A DNA stretch of 30,932 bases from a virus. Lineage: Duplodnaviria > Heunggongvirae > Uroviricota > Caudoviricetes. Positions 24,292 to 30,932 of the stretch are shown in pieces; within the stretch, counting starts at the first letter, position 1, and every line of letters begins with the position of its first letter. The stretch lies in the IMG/VR virus record IMGVR_UViG_2541047956_000008, positions 1-30,932 of that record; one strand, given 5' to 3'. The notes under the pieces were generated by a model. The model had not been told where the DNA came from. It ran no database searches and was given only the letters and a program-made list of their open reading frames with translations. Position numbers and translations under genes: made by a program.

Positions 24292-27200
24292 ATGGCGTCA
24301 CTACGCGAACTGATTATAAAAATCTCGGCAAATTCGCAGTCATTCCAGTCAGAAATTGCGCGAGCTTCACGTATGGGACAGGAGTACTACCGTACCATGC
24401 AGAACGGAGGTCGACAGTCTGCAGCTGCATCCCGTGATATGCGGCGAGCACTGGCAGAAGTGACCGAGCAGATAAATACGGCGAAGTCTTCGGCAATGAA
24501 TATGGCTGGCGCATTTGCCGGTGCTTTTGCCACTGGACATCTTATATCTCTTGCGGATGAATGGAGCTCAGTAAATGCCCGTTTGAAGCAGGCCACGCAG
24601 TCCAGCGATGATTTCCAGGCATCACAGCGCGAATTAATGGCGATCAGCCAGAGAACGGGTACTGCTTTTGCTGATAACGCCAGTCTTTTTGCACGTTCGG
24701 CTTCTTCCATGCGGGAATATGGTTACAGGTCTGAGGAAGTACTGAAAGTTACCGAGGCCATTTCTACAGGATTGAAATTGTCCGGAGCCAGTTCTGCGGA
24801 AGCCAGCTCGGTGATCACTCAGTTCAGCCAGGCACTGGCGCAAGGGGTTCTGCGCGGTGAAGAGTTTAATTCAGTAAATGAAAGCGGTGATCGTGTTATT
24901 CGTGCTCTGGCTGCAGGAATGGGGGTTGCCCGTAAAGATCTGAAGGCAATGGCGGATGATGGAAAGCTGACCGCCGATAAGGTTGTTCCTGCACTGATTA
25001 GCCAGCTTGGTACGCTGCGGGATGAATATGCAGCCATGCCTGATACCGTATCATCCTCTGCAACCAAAGTTGAAAACGCCTTTATGGCCTGGGTTGGTGG
25101 TGCGAATGATGCCAGCGGTGCAACGAAAACGCTTACCGGAATAATGAATGGTGTTGCGAATAATATTGATACGGTTGCCACGGCGGCGGGAGCTCTGGTT
25201 GCAATTGGTGTAGCCCGATATTTTGGCAATATGGCGTCTTCTGCGGGCTCTGCAACTGCCGGGTTAATCACTGTTGCCAGAAACGAAGTGGCTCTTGCTG
25301 AGGCACAGCTCAGAGGGACACAGATAGCAACAGCCAGAGCGCGGGCGGCATTGTATCGTGCGCAGCAGGCGGTTGTGGCTGCCCGTGGTACAGAAAAACA
25401 GGCTGCAGCAGAAGCGAAACTGGCAACCGCACAGGCTTCACTTACCCGTAATATTGCTGCCAGAACAGCGGCACAGGCAACGCTGAATAACGTTACGTCA
25501 GTTAGTAGTCGGTTGTTAAGCGGTGCTCTGGGGCTGGTTGGTGGTGTGCCTGGACTTGTCATGCTGGGGGCGGCGGCCTGGTACACAATGTATCAGAACC
25601 AGGAGCAGGCCAGAGAATCAGCGCGTCAGTATGCCGCAACAATCGACGAAATTCGCCAGAAAACGTCTGCAATGTCACTTCCTGAAGCGGCAGATAATGA
25701 AGAAAAGACGCGGCAGGCTCTGGAGGAGCAGAACAGGTTAATTGACGAGCAGAAAAGTAAGATTAAATCCTTACAGGAAAAAATTGCTGGCTATCAGTAT
25801 GTCCTGGCAAACCCGGGCTGGACAACCGATAACGGTTTTATGATTAACCACATGACGTCGGTGAAAACTGTCACAGAAGGGCTTGCAGAAGCAACAAGTC
25901 AGCTGGCTGTTGAGCAGTCCCGACTTTCCGGAATGCAGGAAAAAGCCCAGTCAATCCAGGATGTGCTTGCCGGGCTGGAAGAACGACGAGTGGTGCTGAT
26001 CCGCCAACAGGCAGCGGAACAAAACAAAGCATATCAGTCATTACTGATCATGAATGGCCAACATACCGAGTTTAATCGTCTTCTTGGGCTTGGTAATGAA
26101 TTACTTCAGCAGCGACAGGGGCTGGTGAATGTACCGTTACGGCTGCCACAGGCTGCTCTGGATGATAAACAGCAGAACGCGCTGAATAACACTGAGCGAG
26201 AGCTGACCTTATCCCGTATGAAGGGGGAAGCGCGTGAGCGTACTCGTCTGGGCTATGTAGCGGATGATCTCGGTTTTGTGGGGGATGCCTATCAGACGGC
26301 AAGGCAAACTTATATCAACAACGCGCTGGAAGCATGGCGTAACAACCAGGCGAATAAGCCAAAGGTACGTGGTGGAAAATCGGAAGCAGAAAAAACGGAA
26401 GATGCTTATAACAGACTGATTAAACAACAAAAAGAACAAATAGCACTGGCAGGACAGAATACTGAACTGGCTAAGATGAAATACCAGGTCAGCCAGGGCG
26501 AATTATCAACCTTATCAGAAGCGCAGAAACAAACCCTTTTACAGAATGCAGCACTCATCGACCAGAAAAAAATTCGTGAGCAAATTGCTGCTTATGAAAG
26601 CAGCCTGGCGGACAGTAACGCCAGTGTCAGGGCATCAAATGAGGCTCAGTTGTTAGGGTATGGAGACGGAACACGAATACGTGAGCGGCTTCAGGAAATG
26701 TGGAACATCCGACAGGAGTTTGAGCAGAAAAATAATGAGTTGCTGAGACAGTACCAGACCGGAGAAATCGAAGAAGCCCTGTGGAAACAGGAAAAAACGC
26801 TGAATGAAAAATATCTGGAGGAGCGTCTCAACGATCAGCAGGATTATTATGCAAAGGCCGATGCTTTACGCAGTAACTGGAATGCTGGGCTCAAAGAGGG
26901 GCTGACGAACTGGGCAGACAGTGCCACTGATTATGCTTCACAAGCGGCAGATGCGGTCGTTTCCACTATGGATGGTCTGGTTTCAAATATTTCCGAGGCA
27001 CTGGCCGGAAACGTTGTGGACTGGAGAAACTGGGGGAGTTCGATCCTTCAGGAAGTTTCAAAAATCCTGATGAACGCGGCCATTGTTAACGGGCTGAAAT
27101 CACTCTCCGGGACAATGTCGGGAGCGGGGGGATGGATTGGTAGTGTTGGCGACTGGCTTTCCGGTGCAGTAGCGAACGCAAAAGGCGGTGTTTACACATC

Positions 27201-27534
27201 GGCAAATCTGAGTGCTTACAGTAACACCATTGTGGATACGCCGACGTACTTTGCTTTTGCGAAAGGTGCCGGGCTGATGGGGGAAGCCGGACCTGAAGCT
27301 ATCATGCCGCTTACGCGGGCGGCGGACGGTTCTCTTGGGGTCAGGGCTATTGGCAATGTGAATGGTGGTGGCGGATTTGTCTATTCTCCCGTGTATCACA
27401 TCAATATTCAGAATAAAGGGAGCAATGGCGAGATTGATACGCAGTCAGCCAGGGGGCTGGTGGATCTGATCGACAGCAGGGTTGTGTCAATTATGCAGTC
27501 ATCACGTCGGGACGGAGGATTATGCAGTGCCTGA
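24292..27534 (+). CDS. Tail tape measure protein
   Basis: 1080-aa ORF, Ala/Gln-rich with long predicted coiled-coil stretches, directly after the G/T chaperone genes. Confidence 0.85.
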   Translation: MASLRELIIKISANSQSFQSEIARASRMGQEYYRTMQNGGRQSAAASRDMRRALAEVTEQINTAKSSAMNMAGAFAGAFATGHLISLADEWSSVNARLKQATQSSDDFQASQRELMAISQRTGTAFADNASLFARSASSMREYGYRSEEVLKVTEAISTGLKLSGASSAEASSVITQFSQALAQGVLRGEEFNSVNESGDRVIRALAAGMGVARKDLKAMADDGKLTADKVVPALISQLGTLRDEYAAMPDTVSSSATKVENAFMAWVGGANDASGATKTLTGIMNGVANNIDTVATAAGALVAIGVARYFGNMASSAGSATAGLITVARNEVALAEAQLRGTQIATARARAALYRAQQAVVAARGTEKQAAAEAKLATAQASLTRNIAARTAAQATLNNVTSVSSRLLSGALGLVGGVPGLVMLGAAAWYTMYQNQEQARESARQYAATIDEIRQKTSAMSLPEAADNEEKTRQALEEQNRLIDEQKSKIKSLQEKIAGYQYVLANPGWTTDNGFMINHMTSVKTVTEGLAEATSQLAVEQSRLSGMQEKAQSIQDVLAGLEERRVVLIRQQAAEQNKAYQSLLIMNGQHTEFNRLLGLGNELLQQRQGLVNVPLRLPQAALDDKQQNALNNTERELTLSRMKGEARERTRLGYVADDLGFVGDAYQTARQTYINNALEAWRNNQANKPKVRGGKSEAEKTEDAYNRLIKQQKEQIALAGQNTELAKMKYQVSQGELSTLSEAQKQTLLQNAALIDQKKIREQIAAYESSLADSNASVRASNEAQLLGYGDGTRIRERLQEMWNIRQEFEQKNNELLRQYQTGEIEEALWKQEKTLNEKYLEERLNDQQDYYAKADALRSNWNAGLKEGLTNWADSATDYASQAADAVVSTMDGLVSNISEALAGNVVDWRNWGSSILQEVSKILMNAAIVNGLKSLSGTMSGAGGWIGSVGDWLSGAVANAKGGVYTSANLSAYSNTIVDTPTYFAFAKGAGLMGEAGPEAIMPLTRAADGSLGVRAIGNVNGGGGFVYSPVYHINIQNKGSNGEIDTQSARGLVDLIDSRVVSIMQSSRRDGGLCSA

Positions 27535-27868
27535 ACCTGAAGCTTTTAACTGGATCCCCCGCGAGGGGATGGAGACGACACGAAAGCCATCTGTTATTAC
27601 GGTAAAGTTCGGTGACGGATATGAACAGCGACGGGCTGGTGGTCTGAATGCGGATCTGAAAACGTTTAAACCGGTATTTCGGGTCACAGATGAATATTCC
27701 CGCGCTGCGCTGGACAGTTTTTTATCCCGTCATGCCGGGATGCGTGCTTTTTTGTGGCGTCCGCCAAAATACAACAGGACCGTCCGGGTTGTCTGCAGGG
27801 AGTGGAGTATTTCGGATAATGCCATGTATACCGATTTTAACTGTACCTTTGAAGAGGTCACTCACTGA
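27527..27868 (+). CDS. M: Minor tail protein M-like
   Basis: GTG 27527 with GGAGG 8 nt upstream; about 113 aa; conserved position after the tape measure gene. Confidence 0.7.
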   Translation: MPEPEAFNWIPREGMETTRKPSVITVKFGDGYEQRRAGGLNADLKTFKPVFRVTDEYSRAALDSFLSRHAGMRAFLWRPPKYNRTVRVVCREWSISDNAMYTDFNCTFEEVTH

Positions 27869-28566
27869 TGCAGGATATACAGCAGGAAACACTGAATGAG
27901 TGTACAAAATCGGAGCAATCCGCGCTGGTCGTGCTCTGGGAAGTCGATCTGACAGAGGTCGGCGGAGAGCGTTATTTTTTCTGTAATGAGCAGAACGAAA
28001 AAGGTGAGTCGGTCACCTGGCAGGGGCGACAGTATCAGGCGTACCCTATTCAGGGAAGCGGCTTTGAGATGAACGGCAAAGGAGCCAGTGCAAGACCAAC
28101 GCTGAAAGTCTCTAACCTGCACGGCATGGTCACCGGGATGGCGGAAGACCTGCAGAGTCTGGTCGGCGGAACGGTAGTCAGGCGTAAGGTTTACGCCCGT
28201 TTTCTGGATGCGGTGAACTTCGTCAACGGAAACAGTGACGCCGATCCGGAGCAGGAGGTGATCAGCCGTTGGCGCATCGAGCAGTGCAGCGAACTGAGCG
28301 CGGTCAGTGCCTCCTTTGTGTTATCCACACCGACGGAAACGGATGGTGCCGTTTTTCCGGGGCGCATCATGCTGGCCAACACCTGCACCTGGACCTATCG
28401 CGGTGATGAGTGCGGTTATAGCGGTCCGGCTGTCGCGGATGAATATGACCAGCCGACGTCCGATATCACGAAGGATAAATGCAGCAAATGCCTGAGTGGC
28501 TGTAAGTTTCGCAATAACGTCGGCAACTTTGGCGGCTTCCTTTCCATTAACAAACTTTCGCAGTAA
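27868..28566 (+). CDS. L: Minor tail protein L-like
   Basis: 232-aa ORF with C-terminal Cys cluster (CTWTYRGDECGY...CSKCLSGCKF) as in lambda gpL (recalled). Confidence 0.8.
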   Translation: MQDIQQETLNECTKSEQSALVVLWEVDLTEVGGERYFFCNEQNEKGESVTWQGRQYQAYPIQGSGFEMNGKGASARPTLKVSNLHGMVTGMAEDLQSLVGGTVVRRKVYARFLDAVNFVNGNSDADPEQEVISRWRIEQCSELSAVSASFVLSTPTETDGAVFPGRIMLANTCTWTYRGDECGYSGPAVADEYDQPTSDITKDKCSKCLSGCKFRNNVGNFGGFLSINKLSQ

Positions 28567-28571
28567 ATCCC

Positions 28572-29315
28572 ATGACAGAGACAGAATCAGCGATTCTGGC
28601 ACACGCCCGACGATGTGCGCCAGCGGAGTCGTGCGGCTTCGTAGTGAGAACGCCGGAGGGGGAAAGATATCTTCCCTGCGTAAATATCTCCGGTGAGCCG
28701 GAGGAGTATTTCCGGATGTCGCCGGAGGACTGGGTGCGGGCAGAAATGCAGGGTGAGATTGTGGCGCTGGTGCACAGCCATCCCGGTGTTCTGCCCTGGC
28801 TGAGTGAGGCCGACCGGCGACTGCAGGTGCAGAGTGATTTGCCGTGGTGGCTGGTCTGCCGGGGGGCGATTCATAAGTTCCGCTGTGTGCCGCATCTCAC
28901 CGGGCGGCGCTTTGAGCACGGGGTGACGGACTGTTACACGCTGTTCCGGGATGCTTACCATCTGGCGGGGATTGAGATGCCGGATTTTCATCGTGAGGAT
29001 GACTGGTGGCGTAACGGTCAGAATCTCTATCTGGATAATCTGGAGGCCACAGGGCTGTATCAGGTGCCGTTGTCAGCGGCGCAGCCGGGCGATGTGCTGC
29101 TGTGCTGTTTTGGTTCATCTGTGCCGAATCATGCCGCCATTTACTGTGGTGACGGCGAGCTGCTGCACCATATTCCTGAACAACTGAGTAAACGAGAGAG
29201 GTATACCGACAAATGGCAGCGACGCACACACTCCCTCTGGCGTCACCGGGCATGGCACGCATCTGCCTTTACGGGGATTTACAACGATTTGGCCGCCGCA
29301 TCGACCTTCGTGTGA
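28572..29315 (+). CDS. K: Tail assembly protein K-like (MPN/JAB plus NlpC/P60 domains)
   Basis: 247-aa ORF; HSHP motif (VALVHSHPGV) typical of JAB/MPN metalloenzymes plus a Cys/His region (GVTDCYTLF...HAAIYCG) typical of NlpC/P60. Confidence 0.8.
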   Translation: MTETESAILAHARRCAPAESCGFVVRTPEGERYLPCVNISGEPEEYFRMSPEDWVRAEMQGEIVALVHSHPGVLPWLSEADRRLQVQSDLPWWLVCRGAIHKFRCVPHLTGRRFEHGVTDCYTLFRDAYHLAGIEMPDFHREDDWWRNGQNLYLDNLEATGLYQVPLSAAQPGDVLLCCFGSSVPNHAAIYCGDGELLHHIPEQLSKRERYTDKWQRRTHSLWRHRAWHASAFTGIYNDLAAASTFV

Positions 29316-29860
29316 AAACGGGGGCTGAAGCCATCCGGGCGCTGTCCACACAGGTCCCGGCGTTTCGTCAGAAACTGAATGACGGCTGGTATCAGGTGCG
29401 CATTGCCGGGCGTGATGCAGGTGAAACCGAATTATCTGCCCGTCTTAATGAGCCGCTGGCTAATGGTGCCGTGATCCACATCGTGCCGCGTCTGGCGGGA
29501 GCTAAAAGTGGCGGTGTGTTTCAGGCAGTGCTGGGTGCGGCGCTGATTGCGGTGGCATGGTGGAACCCTGTGGGCTGGCTGGGTGCCGCGGCTGTATCGG
29601 GCATGTATGCGGCAGGGGCCAGTATGATCCTGGGTGGTGTGGCCCAGATGCTGGCACCGAAAGCCCGGACGCCCACAGCGACCAGCACGGATAACGGTAA
29701 GCAGAACACCTATTTCTCATCACTGGATAACATGGTTGCCCAGGGCAATGTTCTGCCTGTTCTGTACGGTGAAATGCGCGTGGGGTCTCGTGTGGTTTCT
29801 CAGGAGATCAGCACGGCAGATGAAGGGGACGGTGGTCAGGTTGTGGTGATTGGCCGCTGA
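29213..29860 (+). CDS. I: Tail assembly protein I-like
   Basis: 215-aa ORF overlapping the 3' end of K; ubiquitin-like N-region and hydrophobic Gly/Ala-rich C-region; start could instead be the ATG at 29252. Confidence 0.7.
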   Translation: MAATHTLPLASPGMARICLYGDLQRFGRRIDLRVKTGAEAIRALSTQVPAFRQKLNDGWYQVRIAGRDAGETELSARLNEPLANGAVIHIVPRLAGAKSGGVFQAVLGAALIAVAWWNPVGWLGAAAVSGMYAAGASMILGGVAQMLAPKARTPTATSTDNGKQNTYFSSLDNMVAQGNVLPVLYGEMRVGSRVVSQEISTADEGDGGQVVVIGR

Positions 29861-29878
29861 TGCAAAATATTTCATGTG

Positions 29879-29903
29879 AAACCGCCCTCCGGGCGGTTTT
29901 GTC
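29879..29903 (+). terminator. Hairpin with partial U-tract between I and J
   Basis: ACCGCCC-TCC-GGGCGGT followed by TTTTGTCGTTT. Confidence 0.4.
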
Positions 29904-29921
29904 GTTTATGGAGCATGACGA

Positions 29922-30932
29922 ATGGGCAAAGGAAGCAGTAAGGGGCATACCCCGCGCGAAGCGAAGGACAACCTGAAGTCCACGCAACTGCTGAGTGTGA
30001 TTGATGCCATCAGCGAAGGGCCGATTGAAGGTCCGGTGGATGGATTAAAAAGCGTGCTGCTGAACAGTACGCCGGTGCTGGACAGTGAGGGGAATACCAA
30101 TATCTCCGGCGTCACGGTGGTGTTCCGGGCAGGCGAGCAGGAGCAGTCACCGCCGGAGGGATTTGAATCCTCCGGTTCCGAGACGGTGCTGGGTACGGAA
30201 GTGAAATATGACACGCCGATCACCCGCACCATTACGTCGGCAAACATCGACCGTCTGCGCTTTACCTTCGGTGTACAGGCACTGGTGGAAACCACCTCAA
30301 AGGGTGACAGGAATCCGTCGGAAGTCCGTCTGCTGGTTCAGATACAGCGTAACGGTGGCTGGGTGACGGAAAAAGACATCACCATTAAGGGCAAAACCAC
30401 GTCGCAGTATCTGGCCTCGGTGGTGGTGGATAACCTGCCGCCGCGCCCGTTTAATATCCGGATGCGCAGGATGACACCGGACAGCACCACAGACCAGCTG
30501 CAGAACAAAACGCTCTGGTCGTCATACACCGAAATCATCGATATGAAACAGTGCTACCCGAACACGGCACTGGTCGGTGTGCAGGTGGACTCGGAGCAGT
30601 TCGGCAGTCAGCAGGTGAGTCGTAATTATCATCTGCGCGGGCGCATTCTGCAGGTGCCGTCGAACTATAACCCGCAGACGCGACAATACAGCGGTATCTG
30701 GGACGGAACGTTAAAACCGGCATACAGCAACAACATGGCCTGGTGTCTGTGGGATATGCTGACCCATCCGCGCTACGGCATGGGGAAACGTCTTGGTGCG
30801 GCGGATGTGGACAAATGGGCGCTGTATGTCATCGGCCAGAATTGCGACCAGTCGGTGCCGGATGGTTTTGGTGGCACGGAGCCGCGCATCACCTGTAATG
30901 CCTGGCTGACCACACAGCGTAAGGCGTGGGAT
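29922..30932 (+). CDS. J: Central tail fibre / host specificity protein J, N-terminal part (3'-truncated by window edge)
   Basis: ATG 29922; open to the end of the window (337 codons, no stop). The N-terminus MGKGSSKGHTPREAKDNLKSTQLLSVIDAISEGPIEGPVDGLKS matches lambda J as recalled. Absent from the ORF track because it has no stop. Confidence 0.85.
   Translation, partial: MGKGSSKGHTPREAKDNLKSTQLLSVIDAISEGPIEGPVDGLKSVLLNSTPVLDSEGNTNISGVTVVFRAGEQEQSPPEGFESSGSETVLGTEVKYDTPITRTITSANIDRLRFTFGVQALVETTSKGDRNPSEVRLLVQIQRNGGWVTEKDITIKGKTTSQYLASVVVDNLPPRPFNIRMRRMTPDSTTDQLQNKTLWSSYTEIIDMKQCYPNTALVGVQVDSEQFGSQQVSRNYHLRGRILQVPSNYNPQTRQYSGIWDGTLKPAYSNNMAWCLWDMLTHPRYGMGKRLGAADVDKWALYVIGQNCDQSVPDGFGGTEPRITCNAWLTTQRKAWD

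Noticed and set aside
24314-25586. Several - strand ORFs, including a 255-aa Ala/Ser/Pro-rich one, inside the tape measure gene
   Set aside because: Antisense artefacts of a GC-rich, Ala-rich coding sequence; low-complexity products.
29906-30295. 129-aa - strand ORF antisense to J
   Set aside because: Antisense to the J N-terminal coding region, whose + strand translation matches lambda J as recalled.

Overview
This window reads as most of an HK97-like lambdoid siphovirus prophage from an enterobacterial host (E. coli / Shigella / Salmonella type). All calls are from reading the sequence and ORF track by eye; no searches or computations were run, so family names are recalled from memory and need confirmation. 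Layout: (i) 1-680, an AT-rich two-gene accessory cassette on the + strand ending in a bidirectional terminator; (ii) 681-4418, the leftward early operon on the - strand (AlpA/PrtN-like regulator, DEDDh exonuclease, zinc-finger protein, YfdS/YfdR/YfdQ/YfdP-like genes); (iii) 4420-5120, a ~600-nt leader with no convincing ORF but several structured elements, plus OL-like operators and a terminator; (iv) 5122-6172, divergent CI-like repressor and Cro-like gene around operator repeats; (v) 6165-11848, replication and nin-like region (iteron-containing initiator gene, PerC-like, LexA-DNA-binding-domain-only protein, RusA, KilA-N, DUF968-like, Q antiterminator); (vi) late promoter and terminator, then lysis cassette (two membrane proteins, GH19-type endolysin, Rz with embedded Rz1); (vii) an AT-rich moron, HNH endonuclease, candidate cos region and terminase; (viii) HK97-type head genes; (ix) lambda-type tail genes through a 3'-truncated J, with an AT-rich moron between the G/T chaperone and the tape measure gene. 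No tRNA, rRNA or CRISPR array was found. The best candidates for something undescribed are the structured non-coding leader at 4420-5075 and the three AT-rich morons (1-680, 14063-14700, 23850-24280); none of these can be assigned a function from sequence alone.
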